DNA of 64,000 nucleotides from positions 1,344,001 to 1,408,000 of the forward strand of contig CAVYXA010000001.1 in NCBI GenBank assembly GCA_963772365.1. The letters run 5' to 3'. Position 1 is the first letter of the stretch. Each line of letters starts with the position of its first letter. Shown here in pieces: positions 28,210-37,281 of this stretch. Under the pieces are notes generated by a model. The model saw nothing but the letters and a program-made list of their open reading frames with translations. It searched no databases and was not told the DNA's origin. The DNA is from an uncultured Verrucomicrobiae bacterium. Lineage in GTDB: Bacteria; Verrucomicrobiota; Verrucomicrobiia; Chthoniobacterales; UBA10450. Made by a program: the position numbers and the translations under genes.

Positions 28210-29097
28210 TTAGTCCCCTTTTGGCATTTCCGCCGGACGATCGGAAAGCTTCGGCACATTCTTATGCGTCGTTGCGGATGGCGGCTGTTCCGCGATGCCG
28301 CCCCGCACCGCTACGCTACCGTCGCTGGCGCGGAAGAGTCTGGGCCGGCTTGTTGATTCCATGAATGAGGAATGAGCAAGTAGCTCGCCATTCAGTCCGA
28401 TGCGTGAATAGGACCAACTTCGCGGCGCCGAGCAGTGAAGGATGTGGAGTTCATTAGCCTGATCGATCTCGGCCTGAGGAGAATCGACGGCGATGGCGCG
28501 TCCTAACGGGTAAGTCGCGTAAATCATCCCGCTTTCCTTGTCCTCTACTCGCACATACAAAGACGTGTGATCGGCGAATCGATTCGTCAGTAGCGAATAA
28601 GTGCGAGAACTTCTTTCTCCCGGAATACCCACCGTCTTCTGCCAGATCGGACGCGCATCTGTCACTTCGAAAACTTTCGTCGGAGAGTAAAAAAACTTTC
28701 CCAGATCGCCAAAATAAACATGCGCCCGCACATGATAGACGCCAAGATCGTGCACCGGATAAAGCGAAATGATATTGATCCGCTGTGTAATTTTCCTGCC
28801 AGCTTCAATCTTCACCGGCGGCTGAGCCTTCTTGGCCGGAAGTGGTGCGATTGGTTGCCCTTCCTTTTCTGTGATCTCAAACCCAAACCACGCCTGAGCA
28901 TTAGCATCGCGAAGATCGACATCGCGTCCGGCTAGATTAGTGATACTGATCGTCGCCATCACCGGTTCATAGGCGATGTATTGCAATCGCTTCAGCTGCA
29001 GCTCGACATCGATCTGGGCGCGGGCTGTCGTTGTCAGAAACAGGATAGCGGCACCTACAAGGGGGAACTTCATGAAAAAGAGAATATGACTCGTCAC
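28210..29097 (-). CDS. Hypothetical exported protein (start possibly 29073)
   Basis: 295-aa ORF with signal-peptide-like start, abutting the amidase gene. Confidence 0.75.
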   Translation of the reverse strand: MTSHILFFMKFPLVGAAILFLTTTARAQIDVELQLKRLQYIAYEPVMATISITNLAGRDVDLRDANAQAWFGFEITEKEGQPIAPLPAKKAQPPVKIEAGRKITQRINIISLYPVHDLGVYHVRAHVYFGDLGKFFYSPTKVFEVTDARPIWQKTVGIPGERSSRTYSLLTNRFADHTSLYVRVEDKESGMIYATYPLGRAIAVDSPQAEIDQANELHILHCSAPRSWSYSRIGLNGELLAHSSFMESTSRPRLFRASDGSVAVRGGIAEQPPSATTHKNVPKLSDRPAEMPKGD

Positions 29098-29318
29098 ATG
29101 AGAAATGGTCCGGCTACTTTCTGCTTGAATTCTGCCTATACAGAATGGGCCGATTCACCCGCCATTCTTTGTCCCTTATGATGCATGGCTACTTCCCTTC
29201 ACAAATTGAATCGCTCCATCGCGTCTGCTAGGACAACACATTTACAGAACATCGACAATATCAAACCGATCGACCATTTTGGACGCCCCGTCGTGCCGGG
29301 GCGCCATGCGCAGTCATA

Positions 29319-30347
29319 TTACTGCGAATTCGGCGATGACGGTGGAAAGAGGGCCAGCAGCCGATCCGGATCGGCTTCGACTGCTTGCAATTCATCGTGG
29401 TAATAGATCCGAATGATATAGCCAAGATAACGTCGCCGGCCGGCATCGCTGGGCGGTGGAGGTGTGGCCTGTTTGCCTTTCCGGCTCGGGTTTACTGAAG
29501 CTGCTGCCGCAGCCAACACGGCATCTGATGATGCGACTTTGTTCTTCGGTCGCAGATAATTCACCTTCAAAATTTCCGCATCGTTGCCCGCCCAATCATG
29601 ATTGCGGGTCACCCATTCATAACTTACATCTGCGTCGGTCAGCTTGATATCCTTGTCGTTAACCGTGTCGTAAAAGAAAACCTGGATTTTTACCTTGGTA
29701 TGATCGACGACGGTGTTCGGCTTCTTCTTCACCGAAACGCGCAGCGTCAGGTTCGTCTCTGCATCCGGATCTGGTTCTTCCGTCGCGCTTACATTGGAGA
29801 TTGTGAATACCGGGCCGCCGGCAGCTGCTTCGCTGGGTTGAGTGACAGGCGGAGCGCCGGTTTTCAAGCGGGCTACGGCAAGATCATAGGCTTCGCCAGC
29901 TGTGGGGCCCAAGTCCTGGATTTTGCGCCAAGTTTCGTTTGATCGATCGAACAATTGCATCCCTTCGTAGGTCTTAGCCATTTCTTCGAGCACTTTCGGA
30001 TTTTTCGGTGCGCGCTCCGCCGCTTGATGCAACCGTGCCAGAGCATTGGTCATGTCTCCCTGGCTACGCAAGGTCACAGCTTGTTGGACCAGGCGATCGG
30101 TTTCCGAGACGGCTGCCGGCGCGTTAGCAACCGGGGGCGGAGATGCCAACGACGAAGGTGGAGCGAATTGCGCGGTCCCGGTTGTTTTTTCGGCAGCGAT
30201 GGGCGCCGGGGCGGCAACATGGAAGTGTCGCAGATAATAGTAGCTCACGGCCAGAATCTCAGCCGCAGCAAAAATCCCAACCAGAGCAAGACCGATGTGA
30301 AAACTTCGATCGGCTCGCGGCGAACTAGATAGGGTCAGGACAGGCAT
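29319..30347 (-). CDS. Membrane-anchored TPR-containing hypothetical protein
   Basis: One TM, Pro/Ala linker, TPR-like helices, beta-rich C-terminus. Confidence 0.75.
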   Translation of the reverse strand: MPVLTLSSSPRADRSFHIGLALVGIFAAAEILAVSYYYLRHFHVAAPAPIAAEKTTGTAQFAPPSSLASPPPVANAPAAVSETDRLVQQAVTLRSQGDMTNALARLHQAAERAPKNPKVLEEMAKTYEGMQLFDRSNETWRKIQDLGPTAGEAYDLAVARLKTGAPPVTQPSEAAAGGPVFTISNVSATEEPDPDAETNLTLRVSVKKKPNTVVDHTKVKIQVFFYDTVNDKDIKLTDADVSYEWVTRNHDWAGNDAEILKVNYLRPKNKVASSDAVLAAAAASVNPSRKGKQATPPPPSDAGRRRYLGYIIRIYYHDELQAVEADPDRLLALFPPSSPNSQ

Positions 30348-30422
30348 GGCAAAATGTGCATTTCTGTAAACGCTTTTTGGCAAAGCTGTCAACCCTGGGC
30401 ATCCAATGGCCGTTCAAACTGA

Positions 30423-32295
30423 CTACTCCTGCCGAAGCTGATCGAGAGAAATGGTCGGAAGATACTCTCGGAGTTCTTGTCGTTCCCACCAGGCTCCGGT
30501 TTGTCGATGTTGTTCCGCCGTAGTGAAACGATAGCGATAAAACTTTGCCCGAATGAACCGCGGCGGAGCGTCCCGGAATGGATCTCGACCGAGAAGCCGT
30601 TCCACATCGGGCTTGCCTTCAAGCAAACAAATTACCAGCCGAACAAACCATGGATTTTCCCGGGCCGTTCCTAACGCAGCGAACCACATTTGCCAGTCCA
30701 GCCGAGGTTGATGCGGCGCACACCAACTGGGCGCACGCATCACATCGCCCGGTTTCCATTTGAATTCGTAAGGCCTCCACTCGATTCCGTCAGCGCTTCC
30801 TTCAATAATGATCTCGAGTCGATCCTTGGTCATTACCCGGAAGAGGCCATAACCATTGACGATCCGAAACGCTTCCAAATGTGCATACGCGCCGCCGAGC
30901 GGTTTCGGCCACTCGGCTTCTGGTTCGAATGCTGTGAAAATGAGCCACGCGTTGACGGGCAGGGTCACGATCAAAATCGCCACCGCCGCGTACCTCGACA
31001 ATCGATCTGGTAGGGCGCGACCGCCGGGCGCGCCGCGGACGACTCCGCGAACCGTCCCTACCATGGCGTCATCAATTAGTAAAAAGCAAAGGGCGATTGT
31101 GAGGAGATTGAAGAAGCAATAATTGCCTGTGATCGCGATACAGATTTGCAAAACGATCAGCAATCCGGCGGCAATTATCCGGAGTCGTCGCGGCGCCCAG
31201 AGGAAAAACGGAACGATGATTTCCACGATGAGACAAAAAGCGACCGAGAAATGTTTGAACCACTCGGGGCTCTTGTCGGCATACCACGCAAAAACGGTCG
31301 GCAGCGGTTGCGACCAGTAGTGATAATCGAGCGCCGTGAGATTCCACCAGGAGCTATCGCCGCTGGTCAGTTTCACTACGCCCGACATCAAGATCAGTTT
31401 GAAGAGCAAAAATTTGAGCAAGAAAAGTGCGAGCCTCGAAAGCGGGGGTTCCTCTCCTCGCTTTTGCCAAAGCCGCCATGGCGCAAAGGGAATCGCAAAA
31501 AATCCGGCTTCGAGCAGAAGCACGTCCCATTGGAAACTCAGGAATGTTTGGCCCGCGATAGTAAGTGAGAGATAAAAAACGAAGAGGCCGACCAGCGAAA
31601 TCGCGGGCGCGATTCGGAGGATCAGGAGCAGCGAAAGGATTACGCCACCGGCGCAGAGAAAATGCAGAAATGCGTTGCTGGAATTAAGCCAGCATAGCGT
31701 CGGCAGAATCCAAATGGCACGCGAGCCAAGTTCCTGGTGAGCAGCCGGCAGAATCTGACTGATTGGCCAGATTCCGTTCACGCCGATAAGGCCGTCGATC
31801 TGAACCCACAACGAAACGAAAGCGATCAAGTAGATCACTCCGAGCGCGCGAAGAAACCATCGGCGCGCCCAACAATAATTCGGTTGCTGCACATCGGTTC
31901 CCCAGAGCAATCGCGTAATTCCTGACGCAAAACGGCGGTGGCTTGAGATCAGGCTGTAACCGGCTTCGGAAATTGTGGCAAAACCGGGAACGTGTTCGTA
32001 GCTCCAGGCCATCCATTTTTTGGAAGATCGACATCGGAGCGAGCGATAGATCGCTTCCGCAGCAACAACTATCTCGCCATCCGGCCCGATGAAAACAACC
32101 GAGCGCGCGAACTGATCCCGCGGAATTTCCGGATATCGATCTCCGACTTCCTGAGACGTAACATAATCAACGTCGCCCGCAGTGATTTCGCGCCAACGTT
32201 CAATCCAGCGGTCGACAAAGGTGACATTCACCGTCCCAAATCAGGAGCGGTTTGGTTGGCGGATTTGCAACACGTGAATGAGATCGGCGCTTCAC
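30423..32295 (-). CDS. Lipase maturation factor family protein with N-terminal DCC1-like CxxC domain (frameshift near 32210)
   Basis: 'LIWDGECHLC' in upstream frame; 'FLSFQWDVLLLEAG', 'HYWSQPLP', 'PHQPRLDWQMWFAA'. Confidence 0.9.
31008..31063. repeat. GTAG-type REP-like palindrome inside the lipase maturation factor ORF
   Basis: TGGTAGGG...CCCTACCA ends with inner GC-rich hairpins. Confidence 0.75.
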
Positions 32296-32303
32296 GAATT
32301 CTT

Positions 32304-33068
32304 CTAATTCGCGAATTCTGCCCAAACCGGAGCGTGATCGGAAGGTTCTTTTCCCTCGCGCATTTCCCGGTCGATTCCCGCGTCAGTGCATTTTTCGCCA
32401 GGGCCTCGCTAGCCAGCACAGCGTCGATCCGCAGCCCGCGATTTTTTGCGAAGGCGAGCATTCGGTAATCCCACCAGCTGAACATTCCTCCTCCGTTGTG
32501 GTGAATTCGGAGCGTGTCGCGCAAACCGATTTCGCACAGTTCGTGAAACGCTTCTCGTTCGCCGTCGGAGCACATGATTGCCCCGCGCCAAAGATCGGGA
32601 TCGTAAACATCGACATCTTCCGGCGCAACATTGAAATCGCCGCAGACAATCAGATCGCGCCGTTTCTCCTTCGCGACGCAATCACGCAGACGTCGGTACC
32701 AATTCAGTTTGTACTCATAAGCTGGTGAACCAACAGCCTGTCCGTTCGGCGCGTAGATCGAAAAAATCCGCACATTATCGATGCTAGCCGCAATTATGCG
32801 CGCTTGCGGATCGACAACTTCATCGCAAAGCGAAGCCCGCACATCGTGCATGCTCGCTTTTGGAGAGAATCGCGACGCCATTATACGATTTCTCTCCGTG
32901 ATAGGACGCGTGATAGCCAATCGCCTTGAGCGCGAGGACAGGAAATTGATCGTCAGGACATTTCGTTTCCTGCAAACAAACGATGTCCGGCCGTGGACTT
33001 TCCAACCAGCCGAAGAAGCGGTCCTGCCGCTTCCGCAATGAATTAATGTTCCAGGAAACAACTCGCAT
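32304..33068 (-). CDS. xth: Exodeoxyribonuclease III (frameshifted)
   Basis: 'SWNINS', 'LQETK', 'YNGVAILS', 'YAPNG', 'GDFNVA', 'WWDYR', 'GLRID' and terminal SDHAP across frames. Confidence 0.92.
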
Positions 33069-33077
33069 CGCCATTGG

Positions 33078-34457
33078 TCACAATTCCAGTTCGACGCCCG
33101 GTTAGGCACGAATGACTTCTGCATTCGGCAATTCGCTCGCTGAGAGTTGCGCGCATCCATTCGACAGCCGGCGGATCGCCATGCACCAACACGATTTTCT
33201 TTGGTGAAGCCTTTTTTGCATAAGCAACGAGTGTTTCCCGCGAAGCGTGTGCGCTGAATTGGAATTGATTCAAATTGCACCGGACCGTTGCCCGGCCTCA
33301 TCCGGATCGAGTTGAACTTCGCCTCCCTCCGGCGCGTCGCGTAAGAGACCAGCCGGAGATTTTGGATCGGCATAGCCGACAAAGAAAATGGAATGCCGTG
33401 GATTTTCCACCAAACGCCGCGCGAAAATGTTGGATAACGTTTTTGCATCATCATTCCACTGGAGAGCGCATAAACGCGACCACTGCGGGCCGGCGCATCA
33501 TGAATCGTTTCGCCATTCAAAACGAACGGGGCGACTGTATCCAACAGCTGCAAACGCGGGAGTTGTCTCCGGACGATGGCTGCACGGCGATCGTAAGTCG
33601 CAGTCATTTTCGAGCTGAGACCGCCGATATAGATCGGGCAGTCGCGCAGCAATCCTTCGCGCCGGAATTTGTAAAGCATCGCCAGTGCTTCCTGCGTTTT
33701 CCCCAAGCGCGAACACCGGAATCAGGACGCACCCGCCGCCTCGACTGAAAGCTTTTTCAATCGCTTCACCCAGCCGTCGCTCTTCGCCGGATCGCGTCCA
33801 TTCGGCAGGCTGAGCATGATCGCCACGAGTACATTCCATGATCAGAATGTCGATCTTCTCCTCAGGAAAAACGGCAGCTTGCATGATGGTTTGATCGTCG
33901 AAATTGACATCACCCGTGTAAAAGACCGCGCGGCCTTCGGCGCGAAGCAGAACTCCAGCGGAACCGAGAACATGTCCGGCATCGAAAAATTCAAACGTCA
34001 GCCCTTTTACATCACTGGGCGAAGCGCGTTCGCCCGATATCGAAATGCACTGACGCATCGGGCAGGACCGCCAAAAATTAGCCGCGCGATCGACCCCGCG
34101 GTGCGTGAATAGCGGATACAACATTGCTCCAAGCTCTTCCCGTTGGCGCGTCATCACGTTCACGGAATTGTGCAGAAGCGTGTCCCCGATTTCCGCCGTC
34201 GCTTCGGTCATAAAGACCCGTGCGTCCGGCTGCCGGTGCATCAAGACCGGGAGCGTGCCGATATGGTCCTGATGCGCATGTGAAATAATAATGGCATCGA
34301 TCGTTCGATCGGCGATCGGCTTGAAATTTGGCAGCGCATTTTCACCCATCTCTTTCGGATGCATCCCGGAATCGAGCACCAGGCGATGACCGCCGATCTC
34401 GATGAAATACGAGTTCGCACCGATTTCGACGTGGCGGGTCAGGTTAGTGAATTTCAC
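33078..34457 (-). CDS. MBL-fold beta-CASP ribonuclease (frameshifted)
   Basis: 'SHAHQDHIG', 'AGHVLGSA', 'YTGD', 'IPVFALG', 'FSAHAS', 'LVHGD'. Confidence 0.88.
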
Positions 34458-34505
34458 GGTTCTTTAAGGCCTAAAAGCGTTACGGTGTCGAAGCGGCAGA
34501 TTCAA

Positions 34506-34597
34506 TGTCATGTCGAGCGGACCGAAACATCTCGATCCATTCCTCCGCGGACGAATCGGAAAATGATCGGAGATTTTTCGCTTCGCTCAGAATGACA
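34506..34597. repeat. TGTCAT...ATGACA palindromic intergenic repeat, copy 1
   Basis: TGTCATGTCGAGCGGACCGAAACATCTC ... GAGATTTTTCGCTTCGCTCAGAATGACA. Confidence 0.85.
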
Positions 34598-34638
34598 ATT
34601 GTGAGATGGATTCTGGGTATGATCAGACAGCAATGGGA

Positions 34639-35682
34639 TCACAAAATCTGTTCGATGATACGCAGCCAGTTCTGGAACAGGATTTTCTCGATTTGTTCGT
34701 CGCTGAATCCGCGCTCGATCAGTTTGCGAGTAAGGTTCCGCGCGTGCGAATGATTGGTTAGATCGGGAATGTAATGCGGCGTGGTCAGTTTGGCCGCCAA
34801 TTCTTTCGCGACTGATTCCGGCACCTGACTCAGCAGATACTCGCAGAAATCGAACCCGATCCCGACGCAATCGATCCCGATCAGATCGGCCACATGTTCG
34901 ATATGATCGACATAATGATCGATCGTGCTCTGTTCCTTGTTGGGACTTACCAGAATGGCATTGATCCCGATGACTCCGCGCCGGTCACCGATCACTTTGA
35001 TCTGATCGTCACTAATGTTGCGCTCGATGTCGTAGAATTTTCGGGCATTGGTGTGAGAAACGATCAGTGGTTTCTTAGTAAGATCGACAACGTCATCGAA
35101 GCCCTGCGGATTGATGTGAGCCAGATCGATGATCATGCCCAGCCGTTCGCACTCGCGAACGATCTCCCTGCCAAATCCGGTGAGACCATCGCGCGACGAT
35201 CCGCTCGGCTTGAAAATCCCGCCGCTGCCCGCGGCATTGCGCCGCGCATGGGTGAGTCCGATCACGCGAACTCCCAGCTCGTAAAAGATGCGAAGTAGAC
35301 CCGGATCTTCGCCTAACGGTTCCACGCCTTCCATCGTAATCAGAAAGGCAATCTTGTTCGCTGCTTGCGCGTTCCGGATGTCGTCGCGCGTTTTGCAGAT
35401 CGCAAATCGCGCGTCCGTTTCAATTTCTTTGTAGAGTTGCGCGACCTGGCCGAGTCCGACTCGCAATGCCATTTCCGGCAGATAACGGTCCTCGATATAA
35501 ATCGCGGCGCCGATAAGGCTGATATTTCCCGCCTGGAACTCCGGCAAATAATGGGAAGTTAACGCGCCCGGTCGCTGGCGTTTTTCATACAAATCCAGCG
35601 GCAAGTCGAAATGAAGATCGACAAGTCCATGCCGATGAAGCCGATCGATGCGCGTTTCGATTGAGTGTTCAGACATGATCAA
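34639..35682 (-). CDS. Membrane dipeptidase (peptidase M19)
   Basis: 'DLHFD', 'MEGVEP', 'IIDLAH', 'VSHTNA', 'RNISD', 'GIGFDF'. Confidence 0.92.
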   Translation of the reverse strand: MIMSEHSIETRIDRLHRHGLVDLHFDLPLDLYEKRQRPGALTSHYLPEFQAGNISLIGAAIYIEDRYLPEMALRVGLGQVAQLYKEIETDARFAICKTRDDIRNAQAANKIAFLITMEGVEPLGEDPGLLRIFYELGVRVIGLTHARRNAAGSGGIFKPSGSSRDGLTGFGREIVRECERLGMIIDLAHINPQGFDDVVDLTKKPLIVSHTNARKFYDIERNISDDQIKVIGDRRGVIGINAILVSPNKEQSTIDHYVDHIEHVADLIGIDCVGIGFDFCEYLLSQVPESVAKELAAKLTTPHYIPDLTNHSHARNLTRKLIERGFSDEQIEKILFQNWLRIIEQIL

Positions 35683-35707
35683 TTAAGCCGCATGACCATC
35701 TTTAGCT

Positions 35708-35799
35708 GTCATTCTGAGCGCAGCGAAGAATCTCTGACTTTCTCTTCGAGGCACTGGTAGCCGAATAGTTTGAGATGTTTCGCTCTGCTCAACATGACA
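35708..35799. repeat. TGTCAT...ATGACA palindromic intergenic repeat, copy 2 (inverted relative to copy 1)
   Basis: TGTCATTCTGAGCGCAGCGAAGAATCTC ... GAGATGTTTCGCTCTGCTCAACATGACA. Confidence 0.85.
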
Positions 35800-35831
35800 A
35801 TGGGATGCTGCGCCGGCTTGGAGGCATTAAA

Positions 35832-37064
35832 TTACGGTAGAGCCGCCGCTCCGGTTCGCTTCCTCTGTTTTGGTTTATTGAAAATGGAGGCAAACACGAC
35901 GACGACCCAGATTAATCCAAGCGGCAGGAAACCGGGGATCCAAACATTCCAGCGAGTTAAAACGGTGAACGCGATGAGACAATAGGCGGCCGAAAACGCG
36001 ATGCCTGCCAACAGCAGATCCACGAAACGCAACCGGCAGAGCAGCCAGGTGGCCGCTGCGATTGCTAAAAGAATTCCATAATCAAAAATCCAGCTGACCC
36101 GGTGGACAAATGAGTTGGTCTCGATTGTGGCAATGGTCGCCGGCAGCATATCGGGAGTTTCAAATGGATTTCGAGCCCGGCGCCCCAGCACAATCTGATC
36201 GTGCAGATCATCCAGAGAGATCGCTTCCGGGAGCTTCCTCTCCTTTTGCTGCGCTGCCAGCAAAAGTTCGTTAAGGATAAGATATCGGGCGCCTCTGGCT
36301 GCGCTCGGCTTGATCAAAGCTGTGCCATCGGATCGGATCGGGATTCTCGTCCCGTTCGGGAATGAAATGGAGGAGCCGATGTCGATCTTAACTTCGGCGG
36401 GTGTGACGCGCATCCAAAGCATTGCAGCTTGCAGCGCAAAGGAAGGAATGACTTCTCCGCGATAGTCGAACAACAACGGCACGTGGACAGTGGCTTCGCC
36501 CGACAACGGAACAAACCCAGGCGCCGAAATGAGCCGGAGATCTTCGTCCGGTTGCCTACTGATTCTTAAAAACGCCGGCAGATCACCGCGCTTACCGCGG
36601 ACATTTGGAAACCCGGAGATTTCCGCCACCGGCGCATCGGGGTCCGGGGTCGCGGTCAACTCGGTGGCGAGCAGTAGCTTCGGCACTCGTATAGCTTGGT
36701 CGACCAGGATTTGCTCTTCGTCTTTTTTGTTTTCAGGCCAATCCAGAATCGGCTCGAACGCGACGACAGTGGGATTGAATTCGAGTAAAGCCTGGAGAAA
36801 AAGCGCCAGTTCGACGGGCGAATTCTTCGCGCCGGCTCCTCGCAAAAATCTCTCCGTCGGATCGAAGTCGCTGCGTTCCTTCTGGTCTTCCGGCTTGCCA
36901 GCGAGATCGACAATCGTCAATGGCGCCGATTTTACATGAATGGCCGAATTGCGGACCAACCAGCCAAGAAAAATTTCTTCCGTGCGCTGAAGTCTTTGAT
37001 CGCGAATAAAAAGAATCCCCAGCACTAAAACTACCAGCATCAGCAGGGTCGACTGTCGTCGCAT
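35832..37064 (-). CDS. CHASE2-like extracytoplasmic domain protein
   Basis: N-terminal TM, 'PTVVAFE', 'VPLLFDYRGEVIPSFALQA', three C-terminal TM segments. Confidence 0.65.
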   Translation of the reverse strand: MRRQSTLLMLVVLVLGILFIRDQRLQRTEEIFLGWLVRNSAIHVKSAPLTIVDLAGKPEDQKERSDFDPTERFLRGAGAKNSPVELALFLQALLEFNPTVVAFEPILDWPENKKDEEQILVDQAIRVPKLLLATELTATPDPDAPVAEISGFPNVRGKRGDLPAFLRISRQPDEDLRLISAPGFVPLSGEATVHVPLLFDYRGEVIPSFALQAAMLWMRVTPAEVKIDIGSSISFPNGTRIPIRSDGTALIKPSAARGARYLILNELLLAAQQKERKLPEAISLDDLHDQIVLGRRARNPFETPDMLPATIATIETNSFVHRVSWIFDYGILLAIAAATWLLCRLRFVDLLLAGIAFSAAYCLIAFTVLTRWNVWIPGFLPLGLIWVVVVFASIFNKPKQRKRTGAAALP

Positions 37065-37105
37065 CGCGGCAGAACGTAGAAACTACCGGCGCTAAAAACA
37101 AACTG

Positions 37106-37266
37106 AATCAGGTGCCCGAGTTGATTACGAGCACAGGCGATCCGGCGAAAGCGCCACCGGAATATGACCGACTGGTGCGAAAACGGTCCCAGCATCCAAT
37201 AGAAAAAGCTGGCTAATGCGGTCGGACCTGCGCCCCGCGATCAAAGCTGGGAGATTCGCTCTGATT
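37106..37266 (-). ncRNA. Unidentified structured intergenic element
   Basis: Long imperfect outer stem plus several inner hairpins; G-U pattern favours the minus strand. Confidence 0.4.
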
Positions 37267-37281
37267 GCCAGCCAGCGTCGG

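Noticed and set aside
32228..33706. 492-aa ORF suggesting a beta-CASP/exonuclease III fusion
   Set aside because: Chimera of frame-shifted pieces; each gene has its own start and stop
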